In this document: positions 28,307 through 39,928 of the stretch, in pieces
Layout of the letters: the number at the start of each line of letters is the position of its first letter
Position numbering within the stretch: the first letter of the stretch is position 1
Assembly: GCA_025786725.1 (NCBI GenBank)
Contig: JAHLTZ010000039.1
Location: 1-64,000, forward strand
Direction of reading: 5' to 3'
DNA: 64,000 bases
From: Syncephalis fuscata S228
Taxonomy: Eukaryota; Fungi; Zoopagomycota
Notes under the pieces: model-generated
What the model was told of the DNA's origin: nothing
Database searches by the model: none
What the model saw: only the letters and a program-made list of their open reading frames with translations
Translations under genes and position numbers: made by a program

Positions 28307-28805
28307 TGTTGTTATGGTACGAATTACGGTATTTGTTACTAACTATTACCATGCATTGATCCATGATGTCTATATGTAATCGAACAACATACTAACATAA
28401 CATGTGAATAGCCACAACAACAATAACTAAATAGTAATGCTAACAATCATAAAAAACAGCTATCCAAGGAATAACCAGTAAATACTGTTGTTTACTGACA
28501 TATGAGCAACTATATGAACAAGGCTCAAATTCCATTAACAATAATGTTTACTATAAAATACTAGCTTTGTTGAAATTATAATAAACATATCTATATCTTT
28601 GGTTATATATTCTTTTCTCTGCTTTGGTTACAGGTGCTATTTAGTTGTTAAAAGCTTAACTGTAGTATTGATAATTAAAAGAAAAGCCATTTATTGGTTA
28701 TTTTATAATAGCATCAGGTTCATGCTATACTAAGGAAAGCAATTGACTAGTGGTCACTAATGCTTAGATGATAGAAGTAAGCGTAAACAAGACGATAGCC
28801 ATTAA
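28307..28805 (+). repeat. ~500-bp direct repeat, left copy (partner 34719-35227)
   Basis: Near-identical run from ATGTAATCGAACAACATACTAAC to AGAAGTAAGCGTAAACAAGACGATAGCCATTAA in both copies. Confidence 0.93.
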
Positions 28806-29381
28806 ATTAATAGTTGTCATAATGTAGTGCTAGGTTGTTAACAATCAACAATTATTCTTATATCAACACCAGTACAATATCATTTCATTATATGATAGTG
28901 ATAAATTTGTTACTATCCATAATATATTTACAAATAAATACTGGCAATTTTATTGCCAATATATATTACTAAAATATTCATATTTAACATTAATATATTC
29001 ATACTGACCTATGTTTATGGCTAATACAATATAATTGTACATGTTTTTTTTGTTAATTTACCTATTTGATTAATAGTTGTTAATTTCTAAATGCAAATAA
29101 AAATAAATGTAAATATAGCAATTTGATTGTATATATCTATGATGGAACCATAAGTTTATTACAAGTTTGTACGTTGTATAGGGGCAACTAGATGCAAGTT
29201 TGTTGATAAAATAGTGATTCCATTGATTAAAGACTGGATAAACCGGAGCATTGGCCAAAACTTAATATATAAATAGACTGGACGGCGTAGTTGTCAAATG
29301 GTCTTGCTTTTTACCGAATATATATCTAAAGTGTATTGGAATAGTGATTCGATTGCACTACCAATGTTAATGCTCTTATGG

Positions 29382-32300
29382 CTATGGATTGGCTGCATTT
29401 ATAAATAAAGATATTACACGTTATATAATTAATATATAAGTCAATTAATATTCAGTAAAACTTACGGACTATTAATATTAATATATTAACACACACAATA
29501 CATGGTATATGATTAATTTATAACTCGGCAATATACAATGCTACTTACTACCTATTGATATTAAGTATTGATGCATATGCTCGATTGCATGTTACATGAT
29601 GCGTAACATGTAATTAGCCAATGCCCAATTAACATACAGTACAACTTACCAGCTATTAATATTAATATATTAATACACACAATACATGATATATAATTAA
29701 TTTATAAGCCGGCAATATACAATACTACTTACCGCCTATGATTATCAAGTCATTGATGTACATGATGCGTAACATGTAATTAGCCAATGCCCAATTAATA
29801 TACAATACAACTTACAGGCTATTAATATCAAGTTGTTGATACGCATGGTGTATAACGCATAATTAGCACATAGTCAGTTAATATACAATACTACTTACGG
29901 CCTATTATTAAGTTATTGATACACACAACACATAATACATAATTAGCCAATGCCCAATCGATATACAATACAACTTACCAGCTATTATATTACGTTGTTA
30001 ATAAACAAAATACATAATATATAATTAACTTATAAGCCAGAAATATACAATGCTACTTACCGCCTATTGATATTAAGTTGCCGATATACGCATTAAATAG
30101 CATGTGATTAGTGCATTGCCAATTAATACACAATATAACTTACAAGCTATTAATAAGGTTGTTAATGTATACAGTATATAGTTAATTTATAGTCAGTTAA
30201 TATACAATACAACTTACTTCCTATTAATGTTAAATAATCAGTGCAGCCAGTAAATGGCATATTTAATATATGGTCAACTAATATACAATATCACTTACTC
30301 CCTATTAATATTAAATAAGTAGTGCAATCAGCAAATAGCATAGTTAATGTATAGTCAGTTGGTATACACTACCACTTACGTTCTATTAATATTAAACAAT
30401 TAATATCATTAGTAAATAATATAGTTAATTTATAGTCAGTTAATACACAATACAACTTACTACCTATTAATATTAAGTTGTTGATGCATACAATAAATAA
30501 CATGTGATTAGTGCATAGTTAATTAATACACAATATGACTTACAAGCTATTAATAAGATTGTCGGTGCATGCAGTGCATAGTATATAGTTAACGAGCCAT
30601 CATCAATTAATGTGTAATATCACTTACCATCTATTATTATTAAATAGTTAGTACCATCATTAAATAGCACGGTTAATGTACTGTCAAGGAATATACAATA
30701 TCACCTACCGCCTATTAATATTAAACAATTGGTACAATCAGTATCATAGTTAATGTATAGTCGGCTAATACACAATATCACTTACCATCTATTAATATTA
30801 AACAATTGGTACCATTAGTAAACAGCAGTTAATGTATAGTCAGTTAATATACAATATTACTTACTGTCTATTAATATTAAATAATTGGTACAGTCAGTAA
30901 ATAGCACGGTTAATGTATAGTCAAAGAATCTACAATATCACTTACCGCCTATTAATATTGAACAATGGGTACAGCCAGTAAATAGCATGGTTAATGTACA
31001 GTCAAGGAATATACAATATCACTCACCATCTATTAATATTAAATAATTAATATCATTAGTAAATAGCATAGTTAATGTATAGTCGATTAATATATAATAT
31101 CACTTACTGTCTATTAATATTAAATAATTGGTACAGTCAGTAAATAGCATAGTTAATGTATAGTCGGCTAATATATACTATCACTTACTAGCTATTAATA
31201 TTAAATAATTGGTACATTCAGTGAATAACAGTTAATTATAGTTAGTTAATATACAATATTACTTACCCTCTATTAATATTAAATAATTGATACAGTCAGT
31301 AAATAGCATATTTAATGTACAGTCAAAGAATATACAATATTACTCACGTTCTATTAATATTAAATAATGGGTACAGTCAGTAAATAGTATAGTTATTTAT
31401 ATTCAGTTAATATACAATGTTACTTACTGACTATTAATATTAAGTAATTGGTACAATCAGTAAATAATATATTTATGTATAGTCAGTTATTATACAACAC
31501 AACTTACAACCTATTATAATAAATTGTTGCATACAATAAATAGCATGTGATTAGTGCATAGTCAGTTAATACACAATATAACTTACAAACTATTGTATTA
31601 AGTTGTTGATACACACAGTACATAGTGTATAGTTAGTGCATAATTAATTAATACTTAATATAAATTACCCCCTATGATGTTAAGTTATTGATACACACAA
31701 CAAAATACATAATTAGCTAATGTTCAATTAATATACAATATAACCTACATTCTATTAATATTAAATTGTTGATACACATAATACATGGTATAAAATTAGC
31801 ACATAGTCGGTTAATATACAATACAACTTACGACCTATTATTAAGTTATTGATACACACAACACAATACATAATTAGCCAGTGTTTAATTAGTATACAAT
31901 ATAACCTACATTCTATTGATATTAAGTTGTTGGTATACATAGTACATGATATAAAATTAATTTATAAGCCAAAAATATACAATGCTACTTACGACCTATC
32001 AATATCAAATTGTTAATATACACAATCATGGTATATAATTAATTTATAAGCCATCAATATACAATGCTACTTACGGCCTATCAATATTAGGTTGTTGATA
32101 CACATGGTGCATAACATGTAATTAGTGAGTAATCAAATAATATACAATAAAACTTACAATACTCTAATGTTGATTTGTTGGTGGATACAGTCATGATATA
32201 TAGTTATTTTATACTCTATTAATATGTAATACAACCTACCAATTGCTAATATCAATTTGTTAATGCATACAGTGCATAACACGTAATTAATAAATAATCA

Positions 32301-32739
32301 ATTGATATACAATACAACTTGCCTGACGCTAATATTAAGTCGTTTAAACACAGTGCATATTATTTAATTAATGTATGTTCTATTGATATGTAATACAACC
32401 TACTAGCTATTGATATTAATTTGTTAACACATACAGTGCATAACATGTAATTAGTAATTAACCATTCAATACACAATACGACTTACATTCTATTATATAA
32501 ATAATTGGTACAATCAATGAATAGCATAATTAATGTATAGTCAGCTAATATACGGTATAACTTACCATCTATTATAATAATTATTTGGAAATATTGTTAG
32601 TAAACAAAATGTTATGATATATTTATTGTTATTGCAACATACCACCACGACGAACTAAGGCTGGATTAGCATCCACCATAGTTGTAGTGGCCACAAGAGC
32701 CATGACAATAGTGCAAACGACGGCAGTGGAAAGCTTCAT
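29382..32739 (-). CDS. Micro-exon gene (41 exons, 39 of them 3-6 nt) encoding a 77-aa secreted six-Cys peptide precursor
   Basis: Exon 1 at 32739-32643 gives MKLSTAVVCTIVMALVATTTMVDANPALVRRG plus 1 nt, then GTATGT. It is followed by 39 units of TAG|NNN|GT(A/G)(A/G)GT-type splice sites and a last exon from 29392 with TAG stop at 29384-29382. The spliced frame is open throughout. Confidence 0.88.
29393..32642. repeat. Degenerate tandem array of ~81-bp units (40 homologous introns plus micro-exons)
   Basis: Plus-strand consensus ...AATATACAATAYMACTTAC-NNN-CTATTAATATTAA... recurs about every 74-101 bp. Confidence 0.95.
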
Positions 32740-32861
32740 GGTGATATTGATTTGTTAAGACAAACAAATAAAAGAAATAGTAGAGTGTGGTTGGTATAGA
32801 GTGTATAGTAGATAATAGAGTGTGATAATGATATCGCAGTTGGTTGTGTATATTTGTGGGC

Positions 32862-32869
32862 TATTTATA
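32862..32869 (-). promoter_or_regulatory. Probable TATA box of the micro-exon gene
   Basis: TATAAATA on the minus strand ~123 nt upstream of the ATG at 32739. Confidence 0.5.
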
Positions 32870-33091
32870 CTTATGATTATGCTAAAATACTAGTATACTG
32901 TAGTATATGAGATATACATTGATGTGTAGTATGAACTAATAAAACAATTCAAACAACGACTTGAGGTGCACATGTACCAATAAATTCATGGTGTGACATC
33001 ATGCTTCCTAGTCTTGATTTTAACCTGACCAGCATTTACTTCAATCTTCTCGGCATTTACACAAATGACGCAACAATTCCAATGAGCACTA

Positions 33092-33500
33092 ATATGCGGT
33101 AGAAATATGTACGTCATTCTGTATGTTTTGTTACACAGTTTAATTATTTGGTGAAAGCAAGATATTGTTTGGCTTTGTGAAAACGATAATGATGTCTTTG
33201 CTGTTGTTTCCATTGAACGACTCAGTCTCCAATATTTGCATGCACACAAAATAGTGCATAATCTGCCTAGTCTTTACTCCAAGCTGCCAGCCATTTGCAC
33301 AAATAACACAGGAATGGTAATAATCCAGTACATATGCGACAAAAAATAGACAATTAGCCTGTATTTTTTGTTACACGGTCTAACTATTTGGTAAAAACAA
33401 GTATATTGTTGTTCGGTTTTGTAAAAATAATAATGGTGCCTTTGCTGTTGCTTCCATTAAACGACTCAGTCTCCAATATTTGCATGCATGCAGAATAGCA
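33092..33500. repeat. Diverged local duplication of ~170 bp (33092-33258 and 33332-33500)
   Basis: Both copies contain TTTTGTTACAC and TTTGCTGTTG(T/C)TTCCATT(G/A)AACGACTCAGTCTCCAATATTTGCATGCA. Confidence 0.85.
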
Positions 33501-34718
33501 CACAGTACTGATGCAAAGACAAGTTTAATGTATCAAACTGGTATTTTATACAGGTTTTTACTGCCATACATAGCCAGCATAATTTTTAAATTATAAAGTG
33601 TGCTGATTGGTGCATGCGTGCATTTCATTCGACACTATGCCTATTGCTATGGAGTAATTATTGCTTGGAATTTACATATGCATCACATTCAGGCATATCA
33701 TGCCACATGCTGTGCAATTATCATCATTCAAATGGCAGCTAATCCAAATTACCTGAAATCGACTATACAATAAGTACTGTTTGTAGCATGATACATCACG
33801 TATTTTGAGCAATGGAATATTCCAACAAGTCATTTTCTTCATCAGTTTTCAGTTGTAAACTAAATCGGATGGCTAAACTACACGCAACAATATGCAGACA
33901 CCAGAATAGACACATTAAATATTTCTAGACAGATATCAGCAACTTCGAGTGCATAGTGGCTGTGGATTGCATATCAGCCGGTAATCATCTAAGACCTGTG
34001 CTGTCCAAATTTCTAAAATTAATTCTGACAAGTTAAGCAAGATAGAATGTAGAAGAACAAGCCAAAGCAGAAACCAATAGAAAAACAATTAGCAGCTCAA
34101 AGGCTTACTGGTTTAGCTTATAGCAAGTCATTATCGTCATACCATGTTAAACTGCGTTTATCAACGATCCAACTATTGATGATGCAGCTAGAACGATAGT
34201 GCTAAACGAAAGTAACGCATGAAAACAAAAAACATTATGCGTAGCATTTAATAAAACTGCACAATGCACACATACTGTTATGTTTTAGATTGTACAAGGG
34301 GAGTATTTGAGGAGAGGGTGAGCGAATGAGGAGAAATCAGACAATAGCGGATGATATTGTCAACAAATGTTTACCCATGAGGTCGTTGACCAGCTAAAAT
34401 GAGAATTCATATAGTTAAATATCATAAACAATGATTTCATGATGTTTTAAGTTATTAAACAGGAAAAAAGAAAACATCTATCTATTAGATCGAAATGCGC
34501 ATTCAGGATCATTTATGTCAATCATTTGTTCCATAAAAGCATATACAACTAAATAAATAGTAAAGTATCATTAACATTATTTTCGATTATAAAATATACA
34601 ACTATATTATGTGTAAATGCGTACTAATTCAATATTAGATAGTGTACTAATCAGGTATCAGTTTTATTGCTATAATGTCAGTCATATGTTTAATTCACTT
34701 GACAATAAAATGGCAGGA

Positions 34719-35227
34719 TGTTGTTACGGTATTGAATTACTGTATCATTATTACGTAACTATCTATCATGCAATTGATCTATGATGTCTATCATGTAATC
34801 GAACAACATACTAACGATAACATGTGAATAGCCACAACAACAATATACTAAATAGTAATGCTAACAATCATAAAAAACAGCTATCCAAGGACATAACCAG
34901 TAAATATCTGTTGTTTACTGACATATGAGCAACTATATGAACAAGGCTCAGATTCCATTAACAATAATGTTTACTATAAAATACTAGCTTTGTTGAAATT
35001 ATAATAAACATATCTATATCTTTGGTTATATATTCTTTTCTCTGCTTTGGTTACAGGTGCTATTTAGCTGTTAAAAGCTTAACTGTAGTATTGATAATTA
35101 AAAGGAAAGCCATTTATTGGTTATTTTATAATAGCATCAGGTTCATGTTATATTAATGCAAGCAATTAATTAGTAACACTAACACTTATATGATAGAAGT
35201 AAGCGTAAACAAGACGATAGCCATTAA
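34719..35227 (+). repeat. ~500-bp direct repeat, right copy (partner 28307-28805)
   Basis: Colinear with the left copy. The left copy lacks several single bases present here. Confidence 0.93.
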
Positions 35228-36549
35228 GTTGCTAGTCGTCACAGTGTGTCATAAGTAGCTGCAATAGTCTAACTGTATCTTTCACTCACATTTAATGCTT
35301 AACAGCCTATTTGAAGGGGCTATGTTTACCAGTATTGAAGAACTAAGGATTGCCAATGGCGAGTTTAGACTTGTTGGCGGTTGTAAACGATGTTGCTACA
35401 TTCTCAAATATAAAATCAGAAGATGTACAAGTAAAAGTACTAAGCACATATTTAATTGCTTAACACATACTAACAATTGTAATAATTTAATAAGTGCTAT
35501 TATTTCTTATTACAAACTTGGTATGTTTTTGACGCAATAAAAAGAATGGCATTGCTAAAACACCAGTAATAAAATGATGTAACTTTAACCAAGCAACCAA
35601 AGAAGGAAAATAAATAAAAATATTAGCTTAATTAGATGTTTTAATATCAATTTAATAAAAAATATTATTATCAAATGGCTTTAACTTATAACAATAGCTC
35701 AAATTAGCATGTTTATAACAAAAGTTGTAATTGTATAAATCGTGATAATAAGCTAAAATGAATTGGACTATAAAAAGTCATTTTTATTATTATTTGAATA
35801 ACAGTATTATGTATTTACAATACTATTAAATAATAAAAGTTAATCACAATAAATGCAACCATTTAATTTAAAACTTTGGTTATTTACATGATTTAGTCAA
35901 TTGTAGCGATATTAACAGCAATGCCAATCGTCTTCCATTTGTTAAAGACTTTCAATGGTATACTCGTGGTAAATGCAACTCTAATGATTTTATTAATAAT
36001 TTAAAATTTAAACACATTTTTACCAACCTACTGACCAATGGATATATATTATCACAATTTTAAATACTATGATTGTTTTCAAACTTGCTTACTTTTAAAT
36101 TAAATATAGCTGTAAGTTTGTGGAATATAAATCTTTATCCCATAAATACTAACAAATAGTAGCTATAATTATATAATGACGTAACATTAATAATTAATCT
36201 ATTTTTCAATATAAACAGTATTTAATAATAAATATGATATAAATACGGGATGATAGTGGTAAATCTTTAACAATAAAAATTTATATTTAATTAATAAATG
36301 TGTTGATAAATATGGTAACTATATATAAGAGTATTGATTCGTTGTATTATGCCTGATTGCTTTCCCAAGACAGCTTTCGTTATACTAGGCCAAATATAGC
36401 ACTAATGCACAGCCAATACTATCTTATTACTATCTTTATTAAACCGTGCATCATAAAAGGCCATACTTGACACAGCTACCTTTTAATCATTTACTCGCCC
36501 ATCCTATCATCACAGCCTGTTAGTAATTGTTTGTTCCAGCTTACTTGTC

Positions 36550-38022
36550 ATGTTGGCCATCAAGGTGAAGCCAAACTATAACACACGAATTTATGGAGCA
36601 TTTCCTCGAGTATCTCGAGTTAGAAGAATATTATTATTGGCAATTGTAGCCAGCATAGTTGTACTATGGCTGACAGCAGAGCTAGTACTTCAATTACTCC
36701 ACAAAGCGACATCACACGTTACATACCAAGCATGGGATAAAGGCTGGCTTGGCTGTGGTTGGCGTAAATCGCAACTGCTATCGTATTGGAATACTACTCA
36801 TTTGGCAGTAACTGGGGAAACTAACTGTGTTTTACCGGGAAATACCTGGCTTTTATGGCGGCGACAAGAGCAATGGATAGTCATGAACAATACGAGCGTC
36901 AATGATAGCAAAATCATCGATCAAAACTGGATGGCGACTATCGTTCGGCCCATTACTTACGACGAGCATCACTACGTTTATCGTGGATTAATACCTATAG
37001 ATCTAACAAACAGCAACCATTCGTTGACTGCTATGTCAGCACGATTCACTTTTCGCTGGAGTTGGGATCATTCAGACGCAGAGAAAGCGGATACTATCAG
37101 CGTTGTGGAGTCGTCGTTTGCCAATAACAATGCATCGACGCTGGAAACCGATTTTATCCACTATTCAGAAATGCCATCACCCTCTCTGTTAGCTGCTGAA
37201 ACAATTGCCCCGTCAAGCCTGGCCTTTAAGGAGCTAAATATTGCAATGATAGCTGACAATCAGTACAAGAAAACAAGATATCTTCGATTGCTGCGTCAAA
37301 TGGCCAGTCATCAACCGAATTTTTGGATACATGGTGGCGATTCAGTTCAGCATGGGGGCAGGCTCATGGAATGGGAAACCGATTTCTTTAGTCCTATTAG
37401 TATGACTGGACTTAATCATATACCGCTATTATACGCACGTGGCAACCATGACGATACCTTTGACTACTGGAGCTGGGGATCGGATCATGGTCATATTTAC
37501 CACCAGCCGCAACAGTCATGGTTTGCCATCACGCTTGGTAGTGCTCGCTGGATTGTTCTCGATTCAAATCGGGATACCGTAGAACAAAAAACATTTCTAC
37601 GGGACGAATTGAACAGCGCTGAGGCAGCCAAGGCCACATTTGTAATTGTAGTTGTTCATGTCCCTCCTTTCATTGAGTATTGGGACAAGAAGGATTGGAT
37701 AGAAAAAGATGAAATTAACTGGGGACGATTTATTCTTGATAAATATGCCGAGTTGTTTGATAAACACCGTGTTGATTTGGTAATATCAGGACATCAACAC
37801 AATTACCAACGTGGATATCGCAATGGGACTACCTACACTATTATAGGTGGTGGTGGTGGAGATCTAGACGATGAACGTATTGCTGACTGGCACATGTATA
37901 CAAAGACGGCTATTAAACATCATTATGCTGTTATGAAACTTACGCACGATAAGCTGATCTGGAATGCTTATGATATCTCTGGCAATGAGCTAGACACATT
38001 TGAATTAACTAGTACTAAATAA
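36550..38022 (+). CDS. Calcineurin-like metallophosphoesterase (purple acid phosphatase-like) with N-terminal membrane anchor, intronless
   Basis: 490-aa ORF with hydrophobic segment ILLLAIVASIVVLWL and metal motifs ADNQ, GGDSV, GNHD, VHVP and SGHQHNY. Confidence 0.9.
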   Translation: MLAIKVKPNYNTRIYGAFPRVSRVRRILLLAIVASIVVLWLTAELVLQLLHKATSHVTYQAWDKGWLGCGWRKSQLLSYWNTTHLAVTGETNCVLPGNTWLLWRRQEQWIVMNNTSVNDSKIIDQNWMATIVRPITYDEHHYVYRGLIPIDLTNSNHSLTAMSARFTFRWSWDHSDAEKADTISVVESSFANNNASTLETDFIHYSEMPSPSLLAAETIAPSSLAFKELNIAMIADNQYKKTRYLRLLRQMASHQPNFWIHGGDSVQHGGRLMEWETDFFSPISMTGLNHIPLLYARGNHDDTFDYWSWGSDHGHIYHQPQQSWFAITLGSARWIVLDSNRDTVEQKTFLRDELNSAEAAKATFVIVVVHVPPFIEYWDKKDWIEKDEINWGRFILDKYAELFDKHRVDLVISGHQHNYQRGYRNGTTYTIIGGGGGDLDDERIADWHMYTKTAIKHHYAVMKLTHDKLIWNAYDISGNELDTFELTSTK

Positions 38023-38423
38023 ATTGTAACACTTAACCTTATGAATAATTGTATTTCTATTAATAGCTGATATTTGCGAATAGTTTAATTGAATATTCCT
38101 TCATTATGCCGATATTGATGCAAGGACAATGTTGACGTTGTGCATACTGTTAATTAAAGTGACCAACAGCCAATCAAATGCTGTCGGAGTATATATATCA
38201 ACTTACATGTAAATTTAATTCCAATTTAGTAATTGTTAAGTTGCAAGCATACTTTTCCCTATTCAACCTTATTTCTTTTACTCGACAACTACTACAAGTA
38301 GCAATTTTCTATACATTTATTTTATCTAAACTGCTGGCGCTTTAGATTATTTTCTGTATAGAATTACCTCAAACTATTCAAACCGACCTTCTGTTTGTTA
38401 AGAAAATAACAAACTTTATTAGA

Positions 38424-39758
38424 ATGCACAATATTCAAGTTTTTGTTGGAACTATTGCTTGCTGTCTGCTTGCTTTGACAAACAAGTCAACTGTTCAAGC
38501 CGTTGGGGGTGGCACCGTGGTAATATATGGCTATAAATGTTATTTGGCTACTGGTACTGACATGCACTTATAGGATATATTACAGCGGATAGATTTATTG
38601 ACGCAGCGGTTGGAAAGCCAGGCGCACTAAGCCAACCAACTTTAACGATCCGTCAATGGCTACACTGTGATAAATCTATTTGCTTAGCTAAGGCAACATG
38701 GAAGCAAACGATTAGATTCTTAAAGTGTGAAAGCGATAAAGGTTTTGTTTCTAGTGAATCACGAGCCTTTAATGTAATTGCTTCAAACGGTATATAATAA
38801 TTTATTAACTAACTATGCTAAATTAACAGAAAATACTCCAGCTGGATAATGCAGCAAGAAATCTGAATTTAAATGGAAAAGATAACGTTTTACACCCAAT
38901 AGACGAATTTAAAGTTACTAAGGGAAATTGTTATGTTTATGAATACATTGATGGTGTTAGTTTGCTAAAGTTCTTTGAAAACAAAAACAGTCAGTTTAAG
39001 TTGACATATTCACAATCTATTCTTATTCAAACATTACAAGGTAAATACTAGTCAATTTAATAAGCTATGTGCTTACCATTAATGCTAGGACTTTCATATC
39101 TACGTCGTGCTGGACTCACGCATAATGATATAAGCTCGAGCAGTAAGTAGATTTACGCAGTATTGCTTATTTATAACCCGTTTGCTAGATATCATGGTTA
39201 CTAAGCGCTTTGGATCATCTAACATTCAAGTTAAAGTAATCGATTATGATAATGTATACGAGCTACCAGCTTCCTTATCTTCAGGCTCGGCGGTTACTAG
39301 TACGACAAGAGCTTTGACGCATATGGGTATGAACTTGCCCAGAATAAACTTAAATACGACGCATTTGATACAGCCTCCACGGTCTACGAACTACTAACCG
39401 GTGTTCCCTTGCCTATAAAACAAATACATACCGGGCAGCGTGGCAAAAGTACATTAGTGAGGCACAGAAGAACATCGATGCAATGTCTAAATGGAAACTT
39501 CAGCTTAATAGAATGATACTGAAACCCACATCAAATAGGCTTTTTGATAGCACAAATGTCAACTATGCAAACTATCTGATTCCACTTATAAGCGATATTA
39601 TGATGTTGATACCAGATACAAAGAGGAATTGTTTGACTGCAGATCAATTTTTGGCTCAAAAGATGAATGCCAAAACAAATACGCCGGTCAAACAGCAGAA
39701 CTCGCAATTATCTGGGTTGGCCAATAATCAAGCTAGTTCACCGATAAATGCGTTTTAG
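38424..39758 (+). CDS. Signal-peptide-bearing atypical protein kinase-like gene 1 (frameshifts present)
   Basis: MHNIQVFVGTIACCLLALTNKSTVQA, FLKC, CYVYEYIDG, GLSYLRRAGLTHNDISSSNIMV and VKVIDYDN. Confidence 0.75.
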
Positions 39759-39928
39759 CCATAAGTTGCCACATGGTATGTTGGCTATTTCTGGTTCGCT
39801 TTATTGCTTTTATAAAGAAATGCATTTTACTGAATAAACTTTCTACTTCTATTATACTTGTCATCGACAATTTTTATGAAATTCTACGCTATAAACCATA
39901 TGTTTTGTTCAAAAGTCAAAGAAATACA

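Noticed and set aside
29393-32642. CRISPR array or plain satellite interpretation of the ~81-bp repeats
   Set aside because: The context is eukaryotic with no cas genes. The repeats are degenerate, and the variable part is only 3-6 nt bounded by AG and GT. The spliced-gene model explains the pattern.
28307-35227. Intact LTR retrotransposon
   Set aside because: No gag, RT or integrase ORF lies between the repeats, and no clear PBS, PPT or TSD could be identified.
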